Positions 36,645-46,270 of a stretch of 64,000 bases of DNA are shown in pieces. Source of the DNA: Polymorphobacter sp. (lineage in GTDB: Bacteria > Pseudomonadota > Alphaproteobacteria > Sphingomonadales > Sphingomonadaceae); assembly GCA_049318305.1 (NCBI GenBank), contig JBMOGO010000004.1, positions 653 through 64,652 on the forward strand. Direction: 5' to 3'. Positions within the stretch are counted from its first letter, which is position 1. Every line of letters begins with the position of its first letter. The translations under genes and the position numbers were made by a program. Below the pieces are notes generated by a model that had not been told where the DNA came from, made no database searches, and saw only the letters and a program-made list of their open reading frames with translations.

Positions 36645-37213
36645 CAGCTGTCCCGCTCGCGCGCCAGCACCCAATCATCTTCCAACAAGTCCTCGGGCGG
36701 GTTCTCCTGCCCATCGACCTTCTTGGCCTCGGCGATGCGCATGGCATATTCGTCCATGGCATTGGCGCGCACCGTGGCGCTGCCGCTCAACCGCTGCGCC
36801 ACTTGCGCCGCGATCGCCGCCGCCAGCGCCTTGACGAAAAGCGCATCGAACAGCCCGGTATCGGTGACGCGGCGGACATAGCGAATGTTCAGCGGTGGCG
36901 CGCGGTCGGTCAAAATCTGGCCGCTCTCGATGGCGAACGGCTCATAATCCGTCTCATCGATAAACCGCATCCAGTCGGCCGGCAGCTGATAGGCATAGCC
37001 AAAGCCGAACGGCGGCGCGTCGGCCAGCGCCGGCAGGCTGGCGCGCGTCATGGCAAAATTCCAGGGGTGCGCTCGCAACAGCGCATCGCGCTCGATATCG
37101 AACACCGCCAGGATCGCGCGCCCGGCGCGGGTGTCGGTGGACAGTTCTACCAGCGCCTCATCATCGCCGATGGTGACAAGCGCCAGATTGGCAATTTGAA
37201 CGGCGCTGGCCAT
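36644..37213 (-). CDS. tail tubular protein A (T7 gp11-like adaptor)
   Basis: 189 aa. Size and position (after capsid genes, before gp12-like). N-terminus MASAVQIANLALVTIGD typical of this family. Confidence 0.65.
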   Translation of the reverse strand: MASAVQIANLALVTIGDDEALVELSTDTRAGRAILAVFDIERDALLRAHPWNFAMTRASLPALADAPPFGFGYAYQLPADWMRFIDETDYEPFAIESGQILTDRAPPLNIRYVRRVTDTGLFDALFVKALAAAIAAQVAQRLSGSATVRANAMDEYAMRIAEAKKVDGQENPPEDLLEDDWVLARERDS

Positions 37214-37254
37214 GGGAATATCCGTTCATGGGAAAGGCGGGAAGGGCGGGTGCG

Positions 37255-37446
37255 TCAGGCCGGTGGCCACGGCCCTTCAATGATCGCTTCGCGCAGTTCG
37301 TTCAGGCTTTCCAGTATCTCGCCTTTGGTCATCGCGGTGAAATCGACGTTCAGCTGCACGGTTTCGCTGGCGATGGCGCTGCCGGCGGCGCGGACAACCT
37401 GCTGCGCCTTCTGGCCCTGCGTGATGGTATAGCGTTGGGTTGCCAT
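37255..37446 (-). CDS. small virion-module protein, unknown function
   Basis: 63 aa with protein-like composition, between the capsid-associated gene and tubular A. Confidence 0.45.
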   Translation of the reverse strand: MATQRYTITQGQKAQQVVRAAGSAIASETVQLNVDFTAMTKGEILESLNELREAIIEGPWPPA

Positions 37447-37517
37447 GGTCGGACCTCGCGTTGCTGTTCAGGGGTGTGATGGCCGGGCTGCCCCGGCCAT
37501 CACGGTTAATCCGCCGG

Positions 37518-37967
37518 TCAGGATTGGGTAGTGTAGAAAATCTCGATAATCAGGATGCCGGCGCTGGGCAGGTTGGCAACGCCATTGGTCAGGTAGATCG
37601 GCGTTTCGGTCGCCACCTCGACACCCATGGCGGCGCTCAAACCGAACAGCGTTGGCACGTCCACGGCGGTAAACACGGCGGCAGCGCGATACTGGCCATT
37701 GCTGGCGTGCGTCTTGTTGGTGCCGATCGCCAGCGTCGCCGATGCGCCCATGGTCGCGCTGGCGAGGATGACGCCATAAAGCGGCACAGCGCCGGGGCCG
37801 AGCGTGCCGATCAACACATTGTCGGCGGTGGTCACCGCCAGCGACGCCAGGTTGATCCGCGCAATGATGCTGCGCAGCTTGGCGCGCTGGAAATTGCCGG
37901 GCTGCTGCACCGGCGGGCGGGTGCCGTCGAAAACGCCGGTGGTCTGCGGGCTGAAAAGGTCGGGCAT
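37518..37967 (-). CDS. capsid-associated protein (possible decoration/minor capsid), unknown family
   Basis: 149 aa, beta-rich composition, directly downstream of the major capsid gene and its terminator. The competing 180-aa overlapping frame is Arg-rich junk. Confidence 0.45.
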   Translation of the reverse strand: MPDLFSPQTTGVFDGTRPPVQQPGNFQRAKLRSIIARINLASLAVTTADNVLIGTLGPGAVPLYGVILASATMGASATLAIGTNKTHASNGQYRAAAVFTAVDVPTLFGLSAAMGVEVATETPIYLTNGVANLPSAGILIIEIFYTTQS

Positions 37968-38010
37968 GGTCTTGGTGTCCTTCGCTTGGCTGGCGGGTCA
38001 CGCCGCCCAT

Positions 38011-38040
38011 TTGAAAAGCCCCCGGCGCGAACGCCGGGGG
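38011..38040 (-). terminator. rho-independent terminator/attenuator after the major capsid gene
   Basis: Minus strand: CCCCCGGCG-UUCG-CGCCGGGGG perfect 9-bp stem followed by CUUUUC, 12 nt after the capsid stop. Confidence 0.7.
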
Positions 38041-38051
38041 AGTGGGGAGGG

Positions 38052-38972
38052 TTATTCAGCGCAAAGCAGTTGCAGGCACTTGCCTTCTTGCGTGCGGCTC
38101 GCGGCAACCGTCGTGCCGCTCCACACCTGCACCGACTGTTGCTTGCCGGGCAGCCGATCGATCGAATTGTTCATCATCTGCCAGGTGGCCAGCGCCATGC
38201 CCGATTTCGTCCACACCGGCACGCGGCGGTAACCGCTGCCATCGAGCGTCAGGCCGGCGTTCTCGAAAGAACCGGTGTTGCCATATTCGCATTCGATGAA
38301 GTTGAACCCGAGGATTTTCGGCAGCTTGCCGCTCTCGATCACCTTCTGGTCGGCGCTGGTGAAATCCTTGGAAATCACCTGCACTTCGTTCATCAAATTA
38401 TCATACTGAACACTGGTGACGGCGATATACAGTTCGTCCATGTCGGTATCGACAAGGTTGGCCATCAACCGGCGCTTGGCCCAGCGGATTTTCGCCATGT
38501 TCAGCCCGGTCGCCGCGGCGGCGCCCAGATCGACCGCGCCGATGTTGCCGGCCGGAAACGCCACCTGCGTCGTGCCGGTCTTGCCGGTCAGCGCGGCGGA
38601 ATAGAAACCGAACAGCCATTCATCGTCCCACCCGCGCTTGATGGTGGCGGCGCCGGCCTGCACATAGGCACCCTGCAAATCGATCCCGACCGTCAACCGG
38701 TCGGCCGTGTCCACCAGGTCGGCATAATAATATTCGGGCCGCTTGGCGACCCAGCGCCGATCATGCGGCGTGCTCACATATCGCGTATCGCCGTGGCGCA
38801 CATCGGCACGGTTGCCGCGCACCTGCCCGATCAGATTGACGATCTCGCAGCTTTCGCCCTTGCCGGGCATCTGCATGGCATAAGGTGCCAGCTTGGCGGT
38901 TTTCTGCTGCAACGCCAGTTCGACGTTGTTGTTATATTCGACAACCTGTGCCGTGGTGACCTGAAACGACAT
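38052..38972 (-). CDS. major capsid protein
   Basis: 306 aa. Strong GGAGG RBS. Position after the scaffold gene. Followed by a strong terminator, typical of highly expressed capsid genes. Confidence 0.75.
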   Translation of the reverse strand: MSFQVTTAQVVEYNNNVELALQQKTAKLAPYAMQMPGKGESCEIVNLIGQVRGNRADVRHGDTRYVSTPHDRRWVAKRPEYYYADLVDTADRLTVGIDLQGAYVQAGAATIKRGWDDEWLFGFYSAALTGKTGTTQVAFPAGNIGAVDLGAAAATGLNMAKIRWAKRRLMANLVDTDMDELYIAVTSVQYDNLMNEVQVISKDFTSADQKVIESGKLPKILGFNFIECEYGNTGSFENAGLTLDGSGYRRVPVWTKSGMALATWQMMNNSIDRLPGKQQSVQVWSGTTVAASRTQEGKCLQLLCAE

Positions 38973-39160
38973 GAAATCCTCCGTCCGATGGAATTGCCAA
39001 GGGTCGAAGGCGTGTCGGAGTTACCGGGCCGTTCTGGCGGTTTAACGCGTGCCTGGGCGCGGGCGGTTACCATCGCCGGGGTAGCTGGGGCCGGGATGGC
39101 GTATCCAGCGGTAACGGCGACAAGTCTGTGCAAACCTGCCGCCGCCCGTCAACGGCTTTT

Positions 39161-40105
39161 TTACGCCGCCTGCTGGCGCTCCGCAGCGGCTGCCATCGCC
39201 GCGTTGATGGCTTTCCACTCGGCCAGCGCCGTCGCCTCGTTCTTCTGCAACCGCTGCTGAAATGCCGGATCGTTCAAAATCTCGGCCTTGCGCGTCGCCG
39301 CCTTTTCGGCGGTCATCCCCAGCGCCTGCCGGCCCCCGCCGACAATGCCATCCTCGCCCATCGCCTGGCCGATCTTGTTCAGCATCCCGATCAGCTTTTG
39401 CGGGCCGATCGTCTCGCGCAGCTTGGCCACGTCGCCGCCGTCCAGCCCAAAGCGTTCGGCGGCGCGCAAGCTGCGTTCCAGCATGGCGGGAAACTCGGTG
39501 CCCGCCTCGGCCTTCATCGCTGCCACTTCGCCGGCGTGCGCCGTCGCCATCGCCTTGGCCTGCTCGGCAACCATTGCCTCGTTGAACTTGGCAACGCCTT
39601 CCGCCTGCGCCTGGCTCAAACCCAGCTGGTGCGCCACCGGCGCAAAGGCGCCAACCAACGCCGGGTCGGCGGTGGCGATCGCGTCAAACTTGTAACCCTC
39701 GGGCGCGTCGGGCCGGCCGGCTGCCTTGAACAGCCGATCCCACCCATCCTTGTCCTCCGGTCCCTTTGGCAGCGGCAGCTTCTCGCCGCCCAGCTGGCTT
39801 TCTAACCCGCGCATCGCCTTCACCAGCGCCGGCATGTCGGGATATTTCTTGTTCTCGGCCCATTTGCGATCGCTCAATGTCTTGTCGTCGGCGGCTTCGT
39901 CGGACAGGCCGGCAAACCATGGATCGCCGGCCGCGCCGTCGCCGTCCTTTGCCGCGTCGCCGTCGCCAGCTTTGCCGGCATCATCACCGCCGGTCGCGGC
40001 ACCGCCGGCGGCTTCGCCGGTCAACAGCCCCGCATCGAAACCGCCGCCGCCGCCGCCGCCGCCGCCGCCAGCGCCAGCATCATCATCGCCACCGTCAATC
40101 ATCAT
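39161..40105 (-). CDS. scaffolding protein
   Basis: 314 aa. Acidic Gly/Asp-rich N-terminus, helical Ala/Glu/Lys-rich body. Located between portal-proximal genes and the capsid gene. Confidence 0.6.
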   Translation of the reverse strand: MMIDGGDDDAGAGGGGGGGGGGFDAGLLTGEAAGGAATGGDDAGKAGDGDAAKDGDGAAGDPWFAGLSDEAADDKTLSDRKWAENKKYPDMPALVKAMRGLESQLGGEKLPLPKGPEDKDGWDRLFKAAGRPDAPEGYKFDAIATADPALVGAFAPVAHQLGLSQAQAEGVAKFNEAMVAEQAKAMATAHAGEVAAMKAEAGTEFPAMLERSLRAAERFGLDGGDVAKLRETIGPQKLIGMLNKIGQAMGEDGIVGGGRQALGMTAEKAATRKAEILNDPAFQQRLQKNEATALAEWKAINAAMAAAAERQQAA

Positions 40106-40427
40106 AACCGTCTCCCTCGCTCATGGTCGGCCGGTTGCTGTCCAGCCCTGTTAAAGTCGCCTCATCGATGTGCAGATGCCCCGCGATCCGCAACCACACC
40201 TCGCGCCGGCCTTCTAGCAAGGCATGGGTGCGCGGGTCCTCATCGAACGTGGTTTCGCGCGCCCGGCAGAAATCGCGCAAATCCGCCAGCACGATATCGG
40301 CATCCGGCGACGGCGTGCCCCGGTCACCATGGAACAGCCCGACATAGGCGCGCTTGCGCCGCAACCGCAGCCCGTTCAGATACCGGTCGGCCATCCGCTG
40401 CGCGGCGAGGATCGCGGGGTTCGTCAC
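40095..40427 (-). CDS. Bbp19-like small phage protein
   Basis: 110 aa from the GTG preceded by GGAAGGGGA and overlapping the upstream TGA (GTGA). Pattern VLADLRDFC...FDEDPRTHALLEGRREVWLRI recalls Bbp19-family proteins found next to portals. Confidence 0.4.
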   Translation of the reverse strand: MTNPAILAAQRMADRYLNGLRLRRKRAYVGLFHGDRGTPSPDADIVLADLRDFCRARETTFDEDPRTHALLEGRREVWLRIAGHLHIDEATLTGLDSNRPTMSEGDGYDD

Positions 40428-40642
40428 GAATAGTCCCCTTCCGCCCAGCAATCGTAGCAGATGGCGATTAGCGCGCCGTCGATGCTGTCGCCGTCCTGAC
40501 CTTCATGCGACAATTCTTTCGGCTCGTTGCACCATGGGCAGCAGCCAACCGTGGTTGCTGGAAATGGCGCCAGCGCCTTTGCCGTCTCGCTCATCGGCGC
40601 ATTGGCAAGCGCGTGCAGGTCCAGCTTGCTGGCGTCGCTCAC
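40424..40642 (-). CDS. small zinc-ribbon protein
   Basis: 72 aa. Cys pairs CCPWC...CYDC. GTG start overlaps the portal TGA (GTGA). Confidence 0.45.
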   Translation of the reverse strand: MSDASKLDLHALANAPMSETAKALAPFPATTVGCCPWCNEPKELSHEGQDGDSIDGALIAICYDCWAEGDYS

Positions 40643-42273
40643 GCCGCCACCTCGAAACCACCGCCCAGCTGCTCGGCCTTGGCCGCGTCCAGCGCCGCGC
40701 CGGCAATCTGCGGCGCCGCTTCGACCAACCCTTGCACTTCGCTCGCCTGCGTCCGCTCGTCCTTCAACGCGGCAATCTGGTCGGGTGACCGCATCCACGC
40801 CGGCGGCACCCCGCCAATCTCGGCAACCCCGCGCGCCGCCTCGGCAAAATCGAACGTGTCATAAACCGTCGGTTCAATCTGCGCGATCGGACCCAGCGCT
40901 TCGATGGTGCGGAAAAACCCGGTCGCCTGTTCGGCTTTGGCTGCCCGGCTCATCGGGTTGTCATAGACGATTTTGTATTCGCCGCCGGCATCCTCCAATT
41001 CCGCCGGCATCGCTGGCATCCGCCCGGCGCGCGTGTGAATGTCGATTTCGCGCTCGATGAGTGGCCCCAGCAATTCCGTCTCGATCCGGCCGCTCGCCGG
41101 CGCCAGCAACACCCCGCGCTCGCGCAGCCGTTCCAGCACTTCGGTCGCCGTCATCCGGTCGCTGGTGTTGGCCAGCGTTTCGAACAGGCTGACCAGAAAC
41201 GCATCCTTGATGTTCTGGCGCGTGTCGCCAAGCAGCTCCATGCCGACATTGATATCGCCGCCCGTCTGCAACGGCCGCACCAATGCCTCGCCCCGGCTGT
41301 TCACGCCGCCGACATTCAACGCGCCCGGCCGCGTGTTCATCCGCGTCAAAACCCCGTCGTCGGGCAGCAACAGGGCAGGGTCCAGCGCCTTGTGCACCGA
41401 CCGCACGATACCCTTGGCAATCTCGTTGGCCATCTTGATATCGGGCAGCGCCATCATCGCCACCGATCGCCCATATTTCTCGCGCGGCGCCGTCGTGTAT
41501 CGGCAGCACGGCAGCGGCATACTGTGGTAACCGCCCTCGCTCACCAGCGCCTGGTCCTGCGCCAGCATATACCAGCTGCCCCAGCGCATCCCCTTGGCGT
41601 CAGCGCGTAACGCGTCAAAGTCCTGGCGCGGCGCGATCATGTGGGTGAACTTGAATTTGCGGTCGGGTTGGTTGTGGGCGGCGCGCACCGATGCCGGCAG
41701 ATTGTCCATGCCCCATTTTTGCGCCGCCTGCCGCACCGTCCATTCGAACTCGCGGCCGATCGTGTCCACCCGGCCATGCCGGTCCACGTCAATGGCGATT
41801 TCCGACAGGTCGCACGCGGTATAGATGATGCTGCGGCCGGGATCGTCCTCGATCCACATGGGGCCGGTGCCGAACGCGCCAAGGTTTATCATCACCTCAT
41901 GCAGCTGCGTCGCAAACCCCGATGACGCGGCATAACGGCTTTCGAACAGCAAATCATTGACCTGGCCGAAATAGCGCCGGATTTCCGGCTTGTCGTTCAG
42001 CGTGCGGTTCGGCGACGCCAGCCCATGCCACCGCTGCGCACGCGGCGCCACCAGCCCCTCGATGCCGGCCGCGAACTTCTCCAGCGCGATCGTCGCCGTG
42101 CTGTCGAAAACGTCCTGCGTGCGCCGCCCGCCCGGCGACGGCATCCCGTTGAAGTTATCGCCGCGCGGCAGCACCCGCCGGGCAATCTGCCCCCAATGGT
42201 TTTCCCACGGCCGGCGCTCATCGAGCATCACCGCATGTTGCCGCAACAGCCGCTGCACCAGGTCATCGTTCAT
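40639..42273 (-). CDS. portal protein (T7 gp8-like head-to-tail connector)
   Basis: 544 aa. Size, position upstream of the scaffold gene, acidic C-terminal region. Confidence 0.78.
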   Translation of the reverse strand: MNDDLVQRLLRQHAVMLDERRPWENHWGQIARRVLPRGDNFNGMPSPGGRRTQDVFDSTATIALEKFAAGIEGLVAPRAQRWHGLASPNRTLNDKPEIRRYFGQVNDLLFESRYAASSGFATQLHEVMINLGAFGTGPMWIEDDPGRSIIYTACDLSEIAIDVDRHGRVDTIGREFEWTVRQAAQKWGMDNLPASVRAAHNQPDRKFKFTHMIAPRQDFDALRADAKGMRWGSWYMLAQDQALVSEGGYHSMPLPCCRYTTAPREKYGRSVAMMALPDIKMANEIAKGIVRSVHKALDPALLLPDDGVLTRMNTRPGALNVGGVNSRGEALVRPLQTGGDINVGMELLGDTRQNIKDAFLVSLFETLANTSDRMTATEVLERLRERGVLLAPASGRIETELLGPLIEREIDIHTRAGRMPAMPAELEDAGGEYKIVYDNPMSRAAKAEQATGFFRTIEALGPIAQIEPTVYDTFDFAEAARGVAEIGGVPPAWMRSPDQIAALKDERTQASEVQGLVEAAPQIAGAALDAAKAEQLGGGFEVAA

Positions 42274-42276
42274 TGC

Positions 42277-44988
42277 TCAAGCACTCCGCTCATAGGGGCC
42301 GGCCGCGCCAGTGCCGTCGTTCCGCCGGGCAACCCCCAACAGGTCGAACGGCGTCACGGCGGCACCGGCCGGCACGCGCGCCAGCAACGGGCTGTCGTTT
42401 GCGTCGCCGGCGGCAATCGATTGCGGCCGATAATCACCCCATGCCGTGAACGCCCCCAGCGCGCCGCCGGTGCGGCTCTTAAAATAATTCGCCCATGTCG
42501 CGTTGATCGAACCGCCGCGCCCCCAGGCTTCGCCATACCAGCTACCCGGCGATGGCGAACTGTCACCGTTCGCCGTCTTGGACGCGACATTGCCGAAATT
42601 GCGCACCGCGTGTTGAAACCGCCAAGTGCCTGTCCGCAGCGGCTGCGAACCATAGGCGGTTGAATGGACAGTCCCGGCATTGGCCCATCGCGCGGTATCG
42701 GCCAGATCGGTGGCCTGCACCGCTCCCGAAACAAAATCGGCAACAGCTTGGTAATAGACGCGGCTCGCTGGCGTGCCGTTGTTGTCGTGCAAGATCATCC
42801 CACGATAATAACTGGTCGTCGCTACCCACCCGCCGTCAGTGGTTGCGCTCGGCAACTCCGGTGCATTGAAAATCTCGTCCTTGACATTGTAGCTGCCAAA
42901 GGCTCCATATTTTGTCGTCGCGCGCTTGATAACTTGCAGCCAGCCCTGATCCTGATACGGGCCGTTAAATCGGTCTTGGTCGCTGTTCAGGCCGCAATCG
43001 GCGCCGGGATGCTGCACAACGACATTGTTAAGCTGGTTGCGTGCGCCGTCCGAACTGAACCGGAACGCCGGGCTGGCTGGCACGCCGCAGCGGCGAACCA
43101 TGACTTGACAATAGCCCGCGCCTTTGCGGAACGGCAAATCGGCCAGCAACACCGCGTCAGTTGACGCCGGCGTGTTCTGGTCGATCCGCAAATTATAGAC
43201 TAGCGACCATTCGGCCGGAGGCTGAATACCGAATTGCCATGGCCGCACCGCAATGTTGCGCAGCCAGCACCCGAACACGCCAACCGATGGCAGCCAAAGC
43301 CCGACCGACACGGCGCTGTATAGCGATCCGACCGTTGTAACCAGTCCGCTGAAATGGCTTGAATTTGCTGCCAGCGAAGGCTGTCCGCTTGGCCCTTCGT
43401 TTGTGCCTAGGCCGCCGAGGTCAACACGCACATCCCAGCGATAGCCTGTTGACATCAACGCGCATGAAGTCGTGCCGGCATTTCGAACTTCCCGAATGTC
43501 CACATCGACCAAAATATAGCCGCCAATAGCAGCCGCAGCTGTCAGCGCCGACGAACTATTGTTGAGAACGACATGATTGGCGCCGGTCAGGCCAGTGCTG
43601 TCCAAGGTCAGCCCGGCAATCCCCCAAACGCCCGACGTGACTTTGCTTGTTGCGGCGGTCGTGCCATCGTCCTGCACGCCGCGCCGCCGGCAATCGAGCG
43701 TCGTGTTGCCCGTCGAAAAATAGGAGGCACTCGCCAGCGTCGGCGGCACCAGGCCATCGGAAAATCCCGACAAGGTGGCGCGCTGCCAATAGGCCAGATT
43801 GCTGTTGCCAAGGCTGCCGCCCGCCACGTCGCGGAACATGACAACTGCGCCGCTGGTCGTGTTGTGCGGCGTCGGCCGGTTCACGCCGCTGTTGTTCCAC
43901 GCCCGCACCGCGACCAGCGCGGCATTCTCGCTGGCATAGCTGCCGGCCGCACCGGGATCTGTCGTGCCGGTCTGCACCGCCGCGCTGCCGCCGGCCGTGC
44001 CGTCGCGGTTGACCCACACATAAATCGGCGTGTGATTGCCCGCCACGTCCTTAATGAACGGCAGGCCCGCCGGTGCGCCAAGGTTTGACGGCAGGCCAAC
44101 CGGGTTCAGCGCCGCGCAATCCGTTTCGCTGTCGAACAACTGGTCGCCGGTCCAGCTATAGGCGCGATAGACAATCATGCTGTCGGTGCGGCTCGCGCTG
44201 TCCGCCAGCGACGACACGTCCACCGTTACCGAAAACGTCGCCGCCGGAATGGTCGATGGCAACCGCCCGGTCGACGGCGTGAAGCCGCTCCGCGCTTCCA
44301 CCGTGGAGGCTGCCCAAGGCCCATAGACACCGGCGACCTTGCCGCGCGCTTCGACCCGCGCCACCTGCTGCCCGAACGCCGCCCATTCGCTGATTGCGCC
44401 AAATTCGACCGTGATGCTCGTCGTCACCCGCCGCCACGGCGGCGACACCGGCCGCACGATCGGCTTTTCATAAACCAGGTTTGACGAATTGGTGATGAGG
44501 CCGGGGCCGATCGGGATGGCCGAAACCTGCCCGGTAAAGAAACCCGCTGCCAGCGTGATTGAAGTGATGGTATCGCTGGCATAAATGGTGTTGTCGAGCG
44601 TCACATAAAAAGCATTGGTGCCCGCTGGCAACGCCGACGCCTGGTTGCCCCATGCCCGCCGCAGCACCTTTGCCCCTAGCGCCGTGTCTGTCCGTGTCGT
44701 CGGCGCGCCGGCCGTGGTGTTGCCCGGTCGGGCAATATTGACCGTCAGTTTCGTTGCGTCGGCGATCGTCTGCGCACTGTCGCACTGGATCAGCAACACC
44801 CAGCCCGCCGTGTCCAGCGGGATCGCCTGGCTGGTCGTGACAAATGGCGCGGTGTTTGCCGTTGCCGTGTCGTTCAGGCCAGCCACAACCGTGATGCCCG
44901 TAACCGGCGCTGCGCTCGGCGTCGGCGTGCCCGATGCCCTGCCGCCAAAGCCGCCATAGCCGCCGGTGCCAAATTCCTTGAACATCAT
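42277..44988 (-). CDS. 903-aa Ser/Thr/Gly/Asn-rich beta-structure protein of unknown function (possible depolymerase or receptor-binding virion protein)
   Basis: Single long ORF between the terL side and the portal. Sampled 60-nt lines within about 43.2-43.56 kb give 52-67% GC (most 52-60%), against about 66% in flanks. C-terminal aromatic motif WVATTSYYRGMILHDN...VYYQAVADF resembles carbohydrate-binding modules. Confidence 0.4.
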   Translation of the reverse strand: MMFKEFGTGGYGGFGGRASGTPTPSAAPVTGITVVAGLNDTATANTAPFVTTSQAIPLDTAGWVLLIQCDSAQTIADATKLTVNIARPGNTTAGAPTTRTDTALGAKVLRRAWGNQASALPAGTNAFYVTLDNTIYASDTITSITLAAGFFTGQVSAIPIGPGLITNSSNLVYEKPIVRPVSPPWRRVTTSITVEFGAISEWAAFGQQVARVEARGKVAGVYGPWAASTVEARSGFTPSTGRLPSTIPAATFSVTVDVSSLADSASRTDSMIVYRAYSWTGDQLFDSETDCAALNPVGLPSNLGAPAGLPFIKDVAGNHTPIYVWVNRDGTAGGSAAVQTGTTDPGAAGSYASENAALVAVRAWNNSGVNRPTPHNTTSGAVVMFRDVAGGSLGNSNLAYWQRATLSGFSDGLVPPTLASASYFSTGNTTLDCRRRGVQDDGTTAATSKVTSGVWGIAGLTLDSTGLTGANHVVLNNSSSALTAAAAIGGYILVDVDIREVRNAGTTSCALMSTGYRWDVRVDLGGLGTNEGPSGQPSLAANSSHFSGLVTTVGSLYSAVSVGLWLPSVGVFGCWLRNIAVRPWQFGIQPPAEWSLVYNLRIDQNTPASTDAVLLADLPFRKGAGYCQVMVRRCGVPASPAFRFSSDGARNQLNNVVVQHPGADCGLNSDQDRFNGPYQDQGWLQVIKRATTKYGAFGSYNVKDEIFNAPELPSATTDGGWVATTSYYRGMILHDNNGTPASRVYYQAVADFVSGAVQATDLADTARWANAGTVHSTAYGSQPLRTGTWRFQHAVRNFGNVASKTANGDSSPSPGSWYGEAWGRGGSINATWANYFKSRTGGALGAFTAWGDYRPQSIAAGDANDSPLLARVPAGAAVTPFDLLGVARRNDGTGAAGPYERSA

Positions 44989-45004
44989 CGCGCTTTCCCT
45001 TGGC

Positions 45005-45337
45005 CTAGCGGTCGATGACGGCGATTTTCAGCGCGCCATTCACCGCCGCCGATGGGTCCAGCGCGAAATAGCGCGTCTCGCCATCGTTCAGCGCCACATC
45101 GGTAATGACCGCCGTTGGGTCGCCGCCGGTGCTGTCGCCGGTGCGGAATGCCACGTTGCCGCCGGTGGCGCGGATGAACAGCACCCGCGTCTTGGGGTTC
45201 AGCGTCGCCGATGCCGCACTGGCCGCGCTCGATGCCAGCGTGATCGCCTGCGCCAGCATCGGCAGCTGCGGCATCTGCATGATGCCGCGATTGTCCAGCC
45301 CGCCGCCGGCATATTGCTCGATCCGAATTTCGCTCAT
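45005..45337 (-). CDS. hypothetical phage protein
   Basis: 110 aa with protein-like composition. Part of the cassette between terL and portal. Confidence 0.45.
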   Translation of the reverse strand: MSEIRIEQYAGGGLDNRGIMQMPQLPMLAQAITLASSAASAASATLNPKTRVLFIRATGGNVAFRTGDSTGGDPTAVITDVALNDGETRYFALDPSAAVNGALKIAVIDR

Positions 45338-45410
45338 CCCGTCATCCTCTTGTTGGTCGCTGCCGTGCCAGCATGGGGGCGCTGGCCGTCACCCCCATGC
45401 TGTTCATGCC

Positions 45411-46028
45411 TCACCGGAAAATGAAAGCGCCCGGCCCGAACTCAAATTCCTGCCCCGGTGCGAACATCACACCGCCGGAAATCTCGCACACCGATACCAC
45501 CGGCCCCTCGGCTGTCACCGCCAGCGCCACTTGGTCGATGCGCACGCCGCCGCCCAAGCTGCTGTCGCCCAGCACCTTGAACTTGCCGGTGAACATAATG
45601 CCCGCGCCATCGGCCACAAAGTCCTTGGGGCTCACCGTCACCGGTGCCACCTGCACCGCGGATTGTCCCGCGCCGCCGAACAGCAACACCGCATCGGGCG
45701 AACCCGCGCGGCGCATCCAGTCGTGCAACAGGCCGGCCGGCAGCGTTTCGGTGGCAAAGGCAATCGCGCCACCATCGGCAGCACCCAAATCGCCGTCGCC
45801 GCGTGCCAGCGCCTCGGCTTCGGCGCGCAACTGCGCTTCTTCGGCTTCCTGCCGCGCCTTCACCTCGGCATCATGCGCCGCCTCGGCCGCGATCCGCTCG
45901 GCCTCTGCCGCCGCTGCGACGCGCTCCGCCTCGATGCGTTCCGCTTCCTGTGCGGCTGCTGCTGCCGCTTCATCACCAACGTCTGGTTTGGTTTTCGTCA
46001 TCGCTCGTCCTCTCCTGGTTGAACTCAC
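45411..46028 (-). CDS. hypothetical phage protein with N-terminal Ala/Glu coiled coil
   Basis: 205 aa. GTG start overlaps the upstream TGA (GTGA). EAERIEAERVAAAAEAERIAAEAAHDAEVKARQEAEEAQLRAEAEA, then a beta-rich C-domain. Confidence 0.45.
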   Translation of the reverse strand: MSSTRRGRAMTKTKPDVGDEAAAAAAQEAERIEAERVAAAAEAERIAAEAAHDAEVKARQEAEEAQLRAEAEALARGDGDLGAADGGAIAFATETLPAGLLHDWMRRAGSPDAVLLFGGAGQSAVQVAPVTVSPKDFVADGAGIMFTGKFKVLGDSSLGGGVRIDQVALAVTAEGPVVSVCEISGGVMFAPGQEFEFGPGAFIFR

Positions 46029-46270
46029 TCGCCGGTCAGGGTCTTGGCGGTCACGCCTTGCGCTTCGCCGGCCATCGGCCCCAACAGGATATCGGCTGCC
46101 GATCCGCGCCGGCGCCTGATTTCATCATCGCGCGCCGTCGCCGCCGCCGCATCGTCGCGCGTCGGCGGCGCCAATGCCGCCTGCGGCTTCGCTGGCCCCT
46201 TGAACAAACCCACCACGCCCTTTGGCTGCGAAATCAGCACCTTTCCGATGCCGCCCAGAACCTTGGTCAT
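46025..46270 (-). CDS. hypothetical small phage protein
   Basis: 81 aa. ATGA overlap with the terL stop. Confidence 0.45.
   Translation of the reverse strand: MTKVLGGIGKVLISQPKGVVGLFKGPAKPQAALAPPTRDDAAAATARDDEIRRRRGSAADILLGPMAGEAQGVTAKTLTGE

Noticed and set aside
38973-39160. 188-nt gap between the scaffold and capsid genes as a hidden gene or promoter
   Set aside because: No ORF with an RBS was found. It contains only a weak TTGACG with no convincing -10, plus scattered GGTAAC/GTTACC repeats. It is probably a structured leader ending in the strong GGAGG RBS, and nothing firmer can be said by eye.
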